Position numbers and translations under genes: made by a program. A DNA stretch of 61,791 bases, counting the filler, from Globobulimina sp. (taxonomy: Eukaryota): the NCBI GenBank assembly GCA_003354225.1. It is 21 parts of 21 records of this genome, joined end to end, with 100 filler letters (N's around TTAATTAATTAA, not from the genome) between each part and the next. Parts side by side here need not be neighbours in the genome. Positions count along the whole stretch, not along the records: positions 11,798 to 14,645 come from PIVH01004632.1; positions 14,746 to 17,593 come from PIVH01004633.1; positions 17,694 to 20,541 come from PIVH01004634.1; positions 20,642 to 23,488 come from PIVH01004635.1; 17 more parts are not named here. One strand, written 5' to 3'. This document shows positions 12,448 to 22,413 of the stretch, one piece after another. Numbering within the stretch: the first letter of the stretch is position 1; the number at the start of each line of letters is the position of its first letter. Under the pieces are notes generated by a model. It saw only the letters and a list, made by a program, of their open reading frames with translations, was not told the DNA's origin and ran no database searches.

Positions 12448-14529
12448 ATGAATTCATATTTTCGTAATCACAAAATTAAAATTCCAGCAAATGACATTCA
12501 AAATTGCATATTATGCGATGAATACATTCCATTTAATTTGAAACGTCAGAAAACTGGACATTTCATAAACGTTACTGAGATTTGGAGGCTTTATATTGAG
12601 TGTAATATTATGGTCGCATCAAATCATCAATACTGTAATAAATCACATACTCAAACATTGGATAATATGGATACTGTTTTGTTTGTTGATATGCAAAAAA
12701 AAACAAACCATTCCATTAAATCATATCATAGAACATTACAAATAATATCATATTATTTATTCAAATCAAAAACAGTTTATTCCGGCAATAACGCCCCAAA
12801 TAATTCGAATATGCCGGTATCAAAAACAAAAACAGTTCCTAATAATTCCAACCATAACGAGAATGAATTGGATCCATTGCTTAAGATATCCCTATTAATT
12901 AAACCTATAATACATAATTTAAATGTATACGACATAGAATCATTTGGATCTGTTGGGCGTTCAACAAATAATCCAACAAAACATCCTGCAAATAATTCAG
13001 CAACAATCCATCCGACACTTCAAACAAATTATACTTCGAATAATATTAATATTATTACAAATAATTCCGCAGATAATAGCTTGCACTCAACGGATAGATT
13101 TGAGGCAGGAACATTTGGGTCAGATACATTTGAGCCAGATACATTTGCTTATAATACATTGGATAATACATCAGATAATACAGATATTTATATTTCTTAT
13201 CAAAACTCCAAAGATGACCGCATTAAAAGCTTTACCAGATTGGAGCGCAAAAACATCATAGCCTTAAATAAAATTTCTGGCGTTTCATATAATGAGTTAT
13301 TTGCGTTTTACAGTCGCATGTATAGACATCCATCATATAGCTGGGGACAACATATATTTGGTTTAAGCCATAGTAAAATTGGCAGAGTAATCGGTTGGAA
13401 TTCGGCTGCAGTTAATATGCTGTATCAAAAATTCGTTCCAAAACAATTATTTATGTCTTGGAATAGGGATAAAATTATCAATAAAAATACACCAAAGCAT
13501 GTTAAACAAATGTTAGGTGCTGGCGATGATCAGGTTATTTTAGTAACGGATGGCTCCAAGTTTGCAGTGCAAAAATCCACGGATCATACTATACAAAGAA
13601 AAGATTATTTTTGTGATAAAAAACGTAAAGCAGGTAATTATATTAATTTTATGCCTTTTTTGACTACGAGCGGAAAATATGTGTTTGATATTGGGGCATT
13701 TCATGGTAACGGGCACAATAATGATGAAACTATATATTCATTAATGACAGATATTGAGTATTTGCGTGATTGTTTATGGGATCAACTCCGAAATCCGAAT
13801 TATAATAAAGATCTCCACGTTTTTAATTTGGCCCAATTGAATTTATTGATATGGTTTAATACTGAAATATTTTTAGAAGATGATATTTTGATTGCAGACA
13901 GAGGATATAATCGTAATCGAGCCAATGATAATAGAATCATAACGCCCTCAGGCGTTATGAAATTGACTAAAAAGCAGAAAAAAGCGGGATGTGTACAGAT
14001 AAAACAATTGAGTACATCTGTGGCCAATGAAAGTCGTATCACAACATTTCTTAGATACTTAATTGAAGCTGCATTTGGTCGATTGAAACAATGGGCAATA
14101 ATGCATAGTGTGATTGATCATAATGACCGTAAAGCGTTTTCAAAATATCTCCATATATTGATGGCAACCGAAAATAAATTTTTTAAACCATTATGTATTG
14201 ATACTCTCAAACGATTAGAGAATACGCAGCGAATATTGGATCATCAAAATGATGAAGAAAATAAGTACAAAGCCTTCATCTTGCCTTACGCAAATAAAAA
14301 CTCGTTAAAAAGAAGCGTTGACTGGCAACCTGCAGCAAATATTAAACATATTAATTACAGAACGAATATTCAGCACTGGATTTTAAAGAATCCATATATA
14401 CCAGATTTTGACGAACAAGATATTATAGAATTAGGTATGTCCAACAGTTCATTAATGAAAGCATATGCATATGTGGCTGACTCTAAGTCAGTGGAAATAA
14501 TTCATTTTTATTTTATTTCCAAAAAGTGA
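12448..14529 (+). mobile_element. PIF/Harbinger (ISL2EU-like) DDE transposase
   Basis: DDE_Tnp_4 motifs ILVTDGS..VQKS....QRKDY, TTSGK, NDETI, ILIADRGY and QLST..ANESR..T.LRYLIEAAFGRLKQW. Confidence 0.85.
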
Positions 14530-14749
14530 GATCGCGATATAGAACTAAAGTGTTTCGTGAATGTGTGGTTGATTTTACTCCCCCTTGTAATCAAAATATT
14601 AATAATATCAATAATTTGCCGAGTGGGAAACGATTGCTTTATATANNNNNNNNNNNNNNNNNNNNNNNNNNNNNNNNNNNNNNNNNNNNTTAATTAATTA
14701 ANNNNNNNNNNNNNNNNNNNNNNNNNNNNNNNNNNNNNNNNNNNNTGAG

Positions 14750-14822
14750 GAGCCCTGTGCGGGAAAACCGCACGCAGGGATCTGTGAGAGGGCGGTCGGG
14801 TAACTGGCCGGTCTATCTCGAT
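14750..14822 (+). mobile_element. 3' end of a bacterial group II intron (domains V and VI)
   Basis: DV is GAGCCCTGTGCGG-GAAAA-CCGCACGCAGGGATC, with the AGC catalytic triad and a 2-nt bulge. DVI is GAGAGGGCGGTCGG-GTAA-CTGGCCGGTCT-A-TCTC, with a bulged branch A and a terminal AT. The AGC triad and long DV point to a IIB-type rather than IIC-type intron. Confidence 0.9.
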
Positions 14823-14838
14823 GCTCAAGGATTAAGAT

Positions 14839-15564
14839 ATGTTACCTATCGAAAGCGTAAGCCAATTTCTTGATGAAGTTAGAGCTGTAAAACAAGACAG
14901 TCTTGAGCGGGGAGAAAAAAGCGATTTAATTTTCAGAGGTCAAAAAGCAAAGTATAAACTCCTGCCCAGTCTTTTAAGATACAATGAAAAAGAGAAGAAT
15001 GAATTAGAACAATTAGAGCAACTATCACTTGTCGAACTCAAGCGAGTAAGTCCACCACTGGTTGATATTATACCAGATGATGATTTTGATTGGGTTGTAA
15101 TAGCTCAGCATTTTGGTTTGCCGACTCGCTTACTTGATTGGACATACAATCCTTTAGCTGCTTTATGGTTTGCAGTATCCGAGTTTAAAAATAGACAAAG
15201 TGAGGATCAAGATGAAGCTTCCGTTTGGATATTCAACCCATCTTTAGAAGATTATAAAAAACAACAAAATATTAGTAGCACAATTTTCAATATTCAAGAA
15301 AACATAATTTATCGACCAAGAAACTTAATATCCAGAGTTTCAAATCAATCAAGTGTTTCCACACTTCATGCTCTATATATTGATAACCATTTGGAAAACG
15401 ACCCCAATTTTATAAAAAACCTTTATTGGCATAAAATTAAAGTAGGATGCGAAGAGACTATTCTTGAAGAACTTCACTATTTAAATGTTAATGAAGCTAC
15501 AATTTTTCCGGATTTAGGTGGTTTGTGTAACCATTTAAAGTGGCGATATTTTGAAAAAAAATAG
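14839..15564 (+). CDS. FRG-domain protein (integron gene cassette 1)
   Basis: Motifs IFRGQ...LLPSLLR, AQHFGLPTRLLDWTYNPLAALWFAV and TIFPDLGGLC. AAGGA RBS, no introns, and the stop codon abuts an attC site. Confidence 0.9.
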   Translation: MLPIESVSQFLDEVRAVKQDSLERGEKSDLIFRGQKAKYKLLPSLLRYNEKEKNELEQLEQLSLVELKRVSPPLVDIIPDDDFDWVVIAQHFGLPTRLLDWTYNPLAALWFAVSEFKNRQSEDQDEASVWIFNPSLEDYKKQQNISSTIFNIQENIIYRPRNLISRVSNQSSVSTLHALYIDNHLENDPNFIKNLYWHKIKVGCEETILEELHYLNVNEATIFPDLGGLCNHLKWRYFEKK

Positions 15565-15624
15565 AGCTAACAAGGCTAATTCAGCCGACGCCAAAAACCG
15601 CGCGGCTGATTAGCGGCATTATGC
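15565..15624 (+). other. attC: Integron attC site 1 (60 bp)
   Basis: R'' AGCTAAC directly follows the stop codon. The stem GCTAAT(T)CAGCCG(A)CGC pairs with GCG-CGGCTGATTAGC, leaving two extrahelical bases. R' reads ATTATGC, with the conserved G of GTT replaced by A. Confidence 0.85.
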
Positions 15625-15660
15625 ACAAGAGAAGAAAACCATAGACTAAGGAATGTTACA

Positions 15661-16350
15661 ATGAAATTTGACAAATATAATCGAACAGCAAGAATTTATC
15701 CTTCAATAATAATTTTGTTACCATTTTTGATATTTACAATTTATTGTGACATCGGAAGTCTAAAGGAAGTATTTGATGATTTGCTTAAAGTTAAAATAAT
15801 AGGAAATATTACAATTTCTGTAGTATTGATATATTTTCTAACTCAAGTAAATAGATTCTTAGGGAAATTTCTATTTGAAAAAAATATGTTCAATAATGAA
15901 TTAGAAATGCCCACAACAAATTTTTTACTATGTAGCAACTCAGAATTTTCTAAAGAATATAAAAAACAAATGCGTAAACAAATTAATAAGGACTTTCAAA
16001 TTGACTTACCTGATGAACATGAAGAAATTTCAGATTTAAAAAATGCAAGAAAAAGAATTGTTGAAGCAGTTGGATTAATTCGACAAAAAGTAAAAAATGG
16101 AAGGCTTTTATTACAGCATAATATTGAATATGGCTTTGCGAGAAACTTAATTGGTGGAGCAATAATTGGATTAATAATGTCTGCATTTGATATAGCTTAT
16201 TTTTTCAATCATGGAAACAATTTAATTGGAGGTATAAGTATCGCTTTGACAATAGGATTTGGACTTCTTCTACTTATTCATAAGCCAATTATTAAGCATT
16301 TAGGTAACCAATACGCAAAACGTTTATTTCAGGAGTATTTACAAAAATGA
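15661..16350 (+). CDS. Four-TM membrane protein of unknown function (cassette 2, gene 1)
   Basis: 229 aa with four hydrophobic segments around a soluble loop. Conserved-looking ARIYP and LLLQHNIEYGFARNL motifs. AAGGA RBS. Its stop overlaps the next start (ATGA). Confidence 0.75.
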   Translation: MKFDKYNRTARIYPSIIILLPFLIFTIYCDIGSLKEVFDDLLKVKIIGNITISVVLIYFLTQVNRFLGKFLFEKNMFNNELEMPTTNFLLCSNSEFSKEYKKQMRKQINKDFQIDLPDEHEEISDLKNARKRIVEAVGLIRQKVKNGRLLLQHNIEYGFARNLIGGAIIGLIMSAFDIAYFFNHGNNLIGGISIALTIGFGLLLLIHKPIIKHLGNQYAKRLFQEYLQK

Positions 16351-17291
16351 TACGAATACACTTTATTAATGTAGGTCATGGAGATTGTATAGTTGTCGAA
16401 TTTAAGGATTCTGGCAGAGTTGCAGTTGTAGATATTAATATGACAGAAGACATGGATGAAACTACTAAATCCGAATTATTATTAGAGGCGTTAAGTAAAA
16501 TACCAGCAATTAATAAACAATACTTTGATGCTGGCATGATGACTGCGGAAGAAATATTAATCAAAGCGGGGTATGATATAAAACTGCAAAACCCTGTGAA
16601 CTATATGACTGATAATAATATAAATAGTATTTTTAGGTTTATATCTACTCATCCCCACATGGACCATTTGTCTGGAATTAAGCAGTTACACGATAGTAAA
16701 ACCATTGGAACTTTATGGATTTCAAAAAATACACACACACAAGATGAATCAGAACTTTCTGACTCTCAAAAGGCTGATTGGAAGTTTTATAAAAAATACC
16801 GAGACACAAATGAATATCTTTTAGATGATGTTTATACTATTAGACCAAAAGACGGAGATTCAAATAATTATTGGAAAGAAGATAAAATTACGATTTTAGC
16901 ACCACATACTGAATTACTTAAAAATGCCAATTCCAATATATTAAGTTATGTATTACTAATTGAGTACGCAGGTAAAAAAATTATTCTTGGTGGAGACGGA
17001 GAAGAAGCAACATGGGAATATATAATGGAAAATTACAGTGACCTAATAAAGGATGTTTCTATTCTAAAAGCATCCCATCATGGTCGGGATAGTGGATATC
17101 ATCAAAAGGCAGTCAAGCATATGAATCCAATGTATACAATTGTTTCTGTGGGGAAGAAACCTTCAACTGATGCTTCGAATAAATACAGACAATATTGCGA
17201 TAATGTCTGGTCTACAAGGTGGAAAGGGAATATTGTTTTTGAAATAAATTCGGATGGCAGTTGGACATATAAAACACAATATGACAGATAA
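16347..17291 (+). CDS. ComEC/Rec2-like metallo-beta-lactamase-fold hydrolase, stand-alone (cassette 2, gene 2)
   Basis: Motifs IHFINVGHGDC, THPHMDHLSG (HxHxDH), LGGDGE, LKASHHG and IVSVG. No competence channel domain. Confidence 0.9.
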   Translation: MIRIHFINVGHGDCIVVEFKDSGRVAVVDINMTEDMDETTKSELLLEALSKIPAINKQYFDAGMMTAEEILIKAGYDIKLQNPVNYMTDNNINSIFRFISTHPHMDHLSGIKQLHDSKTIGTLWISKNTHTQDESELSDSQKADWKFYKKYRDTNEYLLDDVYTIRPKDGDSNNYWKEDKITILAPHTELLKNANSNILSYVLLIEYAGKKIILGGDGEEATWEYIMENYSDLIKDVSILKASHHGRDSGYHQKAVKHMNPMYTIVSVGKKPSTDASNKYRQYCDNVWSTRWKGNIVFEINSDGSWTYKTQYDR

Positions 17292-17298
17292 CCCCAGT

Positions 17299-17428
17299 GC
17301 ATAACAATGTATATAAAAAATTGCCTAAATAGTAGTAAAGTTAAGTGTCATAGCCCGATTGAACTTTGCAGTGAATTGAAAAATGAGCGCTTCGAAATCG
17401 ACAATTTTTCATATGCTCACCGTTGAGA
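17299..17428 (+). other. attC: Integron attC site 2 (130 bp, long type)
   Basis: R'' (GT)GCATAAC is complementary to the cassette start TTATGCAC at 15619. GTATATAAAAAATTGCC pairs with GACAATTTTTCATATGC. R' is GTTGAGA. Confidence 0.8.
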
Positions 17429-17445
17429 AAAAGAATGAAAGAAAT

Positions 17446-17518
17446 GCATAACAAATCACTCCACTGGATTTTTACTCCGCTGGCGCTCCACAAAAACAAC
17501 TGATGCCAGACGAACCCT
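17446..17518 (+). other. attC: Degenerate attC site 3
   Basis: GCATAACAAATCACTCCACTGGATTTTTACTCCGCT...CTCCACAAAAACAACTGA shows an attC-like left half and a partial stem, but no GTT at the expected R'. Confidence 0.55.
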
Positions 17519-17693
17519 GAGATCACCAAATCAAATACCAATAATTTTCCAAAAACTCACACCTGCAAATTATCATCTAATCACAGGCCGATGNNNNNNN
17601 NNNNNNNNNNNNNNNNNNNNNNNNNNNNNNNNNNNNNTTAATTAATTAANNNNNNNNNNNNNNNNNNNNNNNNNNNNNNNNNNNNNNNNNNNN

Positions 17694-18335
17694 AGTTTAT
17701 TTTATTATCAGCAGTCACTTTATTTTGCAAAACAAGCGGAAACGTTACTGGAACGATTGCGGAACATGGTACAGTTGGAAACGCATAGGAACGCAATGCA
17801 GAAATCGCATTCAATGTCTTTTATTGACGAAGAATCCGTAAAAAAAAGCAAAACAAATATCAAAGACATTGAAAAGGAATTTTGCAGACATTATCACAAA
17901 GATAGACTGAATCAATGTGATACAGAACGTATACCGCAATCAGCGGCATTATCAGATGCAACATTGGATGCAAAAAGAGAGAAAAAGCAGTTACAAAAGT
18001 TATTTAGAATAACATATCATGCAATTATTCACAAACTCAGTTCGTATCGGTTATTGAATGTAACTGCCATCCACAAAATATGCAAGAAACATGATAAAAA
18101 TTCCCATTTCAAACACTTACAGACTGAGATAGATTCACTGCTGGATTCAGTGTCAAATTTTGGTGACGGCCATTTCGAACAATATCTCATTCAACGCTTA
18201 GAGAGTGCATACGGTCAATTTCTATCCTCGCCCAATCACAAAAAAAAATGTCAAGCCATACAGCAATTGCGCGCATTGGGCAGCATTCCGCGCACTCAAT
18301 GCATTAAACCAATTATCAAAAGACTCCGTCACTGA
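17694..18335 (+). CDS. SPX domain fragment (XPR1/SYG1-like N-terminus)
   Basis: LSSYRLLNVTAIHKICKKHDK is the SPX phosphate/InsP-binding motif. ...KKKCQAIQQLR resembles the SPX C-terminal end. Confidence 0.7.
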   Translation, partial: SLFYYQQSLYFAKQAETLLERLRNMVQLETHRNAMQKSHSMSFIDEESVKKSKTNIKDIEKEFCRHYHKDRLNQCDTERIPQSAALSDATLDAKREKKQLQKLFRITYHAIIHKLSSYRLLNVTAIHKICKKHDKNSHFKHLQTEIDSLLDSVSNFGDGHFEQYLIQRLESAYGQFLSSPNHKKKCQAIQQLRALGSIPRTQCIKPIIKRLRH

Positions 18336-20541
18336 AATCAAATCATACGCGAAACCGCCGCCCATTGTTATCTCTGTGATGTCTGCAGTTATGATATTAT
18401 TAAAGCAAGAAACGTCGTGGGCCGCCGCTAAAAAAGCCTTATCCGACGCGAATTTTTTATTAAAATTGAAAGAATATGACAAGGACAGTATATCTGCCTC
18501 GATATTAAAGAAAATTAAAAAATATACGAAGTCTCCAGATTTCTGCTACGAACAAGTCAAATCAAAGAGTATTGCGGCCGCAGCAATGTGTAATTGGGTG
18601 TGTGCCATGGAGATATATGCCAATGTTAACAAACAGGTTGAGCCTAAAAGGCAGAGTCTACGCAAAGCAGAGAAGATATTGACCGAAAAGCAAGGCTCGC
18701 TCAGGATTATTATGGCTGAATTGGCGGAGGTTGAGAAGATTGTAAATAATTTGCAAACGCAATTCGATTCGAACGAGTGTGAGAAGAAAGAGTTGGAAGA
18801 AAATTCAGAATTGTTAGAAACCAAATTATTGCGCGCAGGACAATTAGTGGAGGGACTGAGTGGAGAGAGGAGTCGGTGGGAAACGTCGATCAAACAATAC
18901 AAGCAATCCATAAAAAATCTAATTGGAGATTGTATTATTGCTTCTTCGTTTGTTTCCTATTTTGGTGCATTTGACAGTGAGTATCGCATCGAGTTAATGT
19001 GTCTGATAACCAATAAAATAAATTGTCAGGAAAAGACCAGCATTGTCAATTTATCGGAAGATTTCAATTTTAGTGCGTTTCTATCCAATCCAATTGATTT
19101 GCGGCAATGGAGAATATGCGGCTTACCGTCGGATGATTTTTCATGCGATAATGGTGTATTGGTAACGAAGGGAAATAGATTTTCGTTAATGATTGACCCG
19201 CAGTCTCAGGCAAATAAGTGGATAAAAAATTTATTTGGTGGTAATTTGCAAATTGTTGATTTGAAAATTGATTTTATGCGAGTTATTGAAGGTGCTTTGC
19301 AGTTTGGCACAGCCGTTTTATTACAAGATATCGAACAAGAATTAGATGCATCGTTAGACTCAATATTATTAAAAAAATTCATAGTTTCAGGCAATCGGAA
19401 ATATCTGAATATAAATGGCAAACTAATTGAATACAATCCAGATTTCCGGCTATTTATAACCACACGATTAGCGAATCCACACTATTCACCTGAAATATGT
19501 ACGAAAACATTGATTGTGAATTTTGCAGTGAAGCCAAAAGGTTTACAGGATCAGTTGTTGTCAATTATTGTGCAAGCAGAGGAACCAAAGTTGGAATCGG
19601 ATAAAAGCAAATTAGTAATCGCAGTGGCTGAAAATAAGAAAAAATTGATTGATTTGGAAAATAGTATATTGAATATGTTGTCGTCCGCCAAAGGCTCATT
19701 GTTGGACGATACCTCTCTGATTGATACGTTGCAACAAAGCAAAATTACATCCGAAACCGTCAAGGAATCACTTAAAATCTCGCAAGAGACTGAAAAAAAT
19801 ATTGATGCGGCCAGAGAGAACTATCGACCATCGGCGATACGCTCTTCTATTTTATATTTTGTATTGACGGATTTATCGAAAATCGATCCAATGTACCAAT
19901 TCTCATTGGAATCTTACATCTCATTGTTCAAAAAATCAATTCTCAATTCAGCCAAAAGCGGAAATGATGAAAGTGAAGATTTGGAGGAAAGAATTGAAAT
20001 TTTAAATGATTATCACACGAAAGCTGTGTATGATAATACCTGTCGTGGTTTATTCGAGAAACATAAATTATTATTTTCATTTAAAATTTGTATAAAGAAA
20101 TTGATTGAGGAAGAATGTAAAATTGATATCAATGAATATTTGTTTTTCTTAAAAGGTGGCGTTATTATCAACCGACCGCCAAATTTCCCACCAAATGTAA
20201 ACAGCGAATGGTTGGATAATAAAGCATGGGATAACATATTTTCACTCAGTATACAGTTTCCGAAGGTTTTCGGCGTTGAGTTGCTTGACTCAATGAACCA
20301 AAATGGACGTGCCTGGAAACAGTGGTATACCGATTCCCAGCCAGAGATAGCGCGTTTTCCTGGCGATTGGGACAATAAATTGTCAGAATTCCAACGTATG
20401 ATAATACTGCGATGTTTGCGTCCGGATCGCATTGTATTTGCAGCCAAACAATTCATTTCAAACAACTTAGGTCAAGAATTTATAGAACCGCCTTCGTTGA
20501 ACTTAGAAAATGTTTTATTAGATTCGACGCCAACTACACCA
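18290..20541 (+). CDS. Axonemal dynein heavy chain fragment (stalk/MTBD, AAA5)
   Basis: Motifs EIKSYAKPP, KSIAAAAMCNWVCAM, GLSGERSRW, GLPSDDFSCDNG, LMIDPQSQANKWIK, FRLFITTRLANPHYSPE, YQFSL, CRGLFEKHKLLFSF and RCLRPDR. Confidence 0.95.
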
Positions 20542-21105
20542 NNNNNNNNNNNNNNNNNNNNNNNNNNNNNNNNNNNNNNNNNNNNTTAATTAATTAANNN
20601 NNNNNNNNNNNNNNNNNNNNNNNNNNNNNNNNNNNNNNNNNGACTTTTTGTTGGGGACTGATGTGTCGCAGCTATCAATTGGGCTGTCAGTGCAGAGAAC
20701 GATTGGATATTGGAAGAAGGAAACTAAATCCTTTTCGAATAAGAAATTTGCGATGGATCTGGATATTCAGGGTGTTGTTTATTTATATGATGGAGAATCA
20801 AAAGGGGCGTGGCCCACAAAAACATTGCATGCTGGAACATTGACAATTGATTCAAGCCACTATGAATCATCGCAAATTGACAATTCAATTGAAGTATGTT
20901 TCAATCAAATTGGAATTTGTGATGATGACTTGCAATGCGTGACTGCGTATATGGTAGCAACGTTTAATATTGATACGGAATGTTGATTGTTTTTTTGTTT
21001 TTGTTAACAGTTATTTTTTGCGGCTTTGTATATAAAACAATTGAAAAGTCAAAAGAGATGTTTCTTTGGTGAGATAGATTTGGGAACAATATCCAGTGAT
21101 AAATT

Positions 21106-22353
21106 CTATATCTTTCTTGATAAAAGGTGGCAAAGCGAATAACAACAATCATGACATAAGCAGCAAGTGCTCCAAAACCATACATTATTAAATTCATACT
21201 GCAAGCAAATGCATACAGCATTGATCAAACAATCCAATGATAAGAAACCAAAATATACACTAAAACTAACAAGATACACTAGACGTCCTTCCAATGCTGC
21301 ACTAAATGATAAAGCATCGATTGCTGCAGACACTAAGAATATTTGTGTCGAGATAATAGCAATTGATGATAATATCGCATATTTCGAGGCCACATACAAT
21401 ATATAATCCTGTCTACGATAAAATTTTGCTTCTCCAGACGACAGCGACATTGCAGTTGATTCTGTGTCTGTATTTCCAGACATTTCCTCCTCAGATTCCT
21501 TTGTTTCTCCATCTTTTGTTGCATTTATCAATAGATCCACTTCAACAGAATTTGACACATCTTTTGTTTCAATTTGTCGCATAGTTGCAGATTGTCGCGT
21601 AGTTGCAGATATTTGTTTGTTTGTTTCAACAGAATTTGTTTGTCGCGTAGTTGCAGATTGTACTGACTGTTGAATCAAATAATTAGTATGTTCACTATGT
21701 TGATTATCGTCATCATAATATTTTGTATTGTATTTGTTATGAGGTAGAATAGAAACCAATTTAAACAATCTATGAACAAATAGGTATACCAAGATAATGG
21801 ATACAATTAAATCAACAAACTCTGTGCAACAAACACTGATCGCCAAGGAATATTCAGCTTGTTTTGTTGTTATGATGGCATTATAATATAATGCATATAA
21901 TGTAATATAAGCAATGCGACATACACAAAAGATAATGATTGATGTTGTTAAGAACAGTAAAGAGGTCTCGGATAATCTAAACATTGTATGTTTAAATGAA
22001 AAGTGTAGGTTTGCTATGAATAATAAATAAATGAATAACTGTCCAAATGTCCAGGATATCAAGCCCGTCAATTGGAAAAATTGTTGGAATATACTTGATG
22101 GCACTTGGCCACCTATGTCCAGGTCAAGTATCACAAATAGTTGCGTTGTGCAACAGGTTGCAAATGATAATAAACTTAATAAGGATAACCATTGGACAGA
22201 TTTAGTGGGGATTTGTGATATATTTATGTTTGTGAAACATACATCAAATCCGGATAGATTTAAGATTGTAATGATAAATATCGTCCCACATCCAATTACA
22301 CATACTACAACCAATGCTAGTAACCACCACCAATCATAGAGATCTGGGTCCAT
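21106..22353 (-). CDS. 7TM (GPCR-like) membrane protein
   Basis: About seven hydrophobic helices, a long Ser/Thr-rich loop between TM5 and TM6, and DCLINAVCICLQY at TM7 followed by a Cys-rich tail. Confidence 0.65.
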   Translation of the reverse strand: MDPDLYDWWWLLALVVVCVIGCGTIFIITILNLSGFDVCFTNINISQIPTKSVQWLSLLSLLSFATCCTTQLFVILDLDIGGQVPSSIFQQFFQLTGLISWTFGQLFIYLLFIANLHFSFKHTMFRLSETSLLFLTTSIIIFCVCRIAYITLYALYYNAIITTKQAEYSLAISVCCTEFVDLIVSIILVYLFVHRLFKLVSILPHNKYNTKYYDDDNQHSEHTNYLIQQSVQSATTRQTNSVETNKQISATTRQSATMRQIETKDVSNSVEVDLLINATKDGETKESEEEMSGNTDTESTAMSLSSGEAKFYRRQDYILYVASKYAILSSIAIISTQIFLVSAAIDALSFSAALEGRLVYLVSFSVYFGFLSLDCLINAVCICLQYEFNNVWFWSTCCLCHDCCYSLCHLLSRKI

Positions 22354-22413
22354 GATCAAACAGTTTTTTTGCACGGAGAGTAAAGATTTTCGAGCATATT
22401 TTTTCTGACCATA

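Noticed and set aside
16347-17291. Antibiotic-resistance metallo-beta-lactamase or a true comEC gene
   Set aside because: There is no signal peptide, the motifs are ComEC/Rec2-type (VGHGD, HHG), and the competence channel domain is absent.
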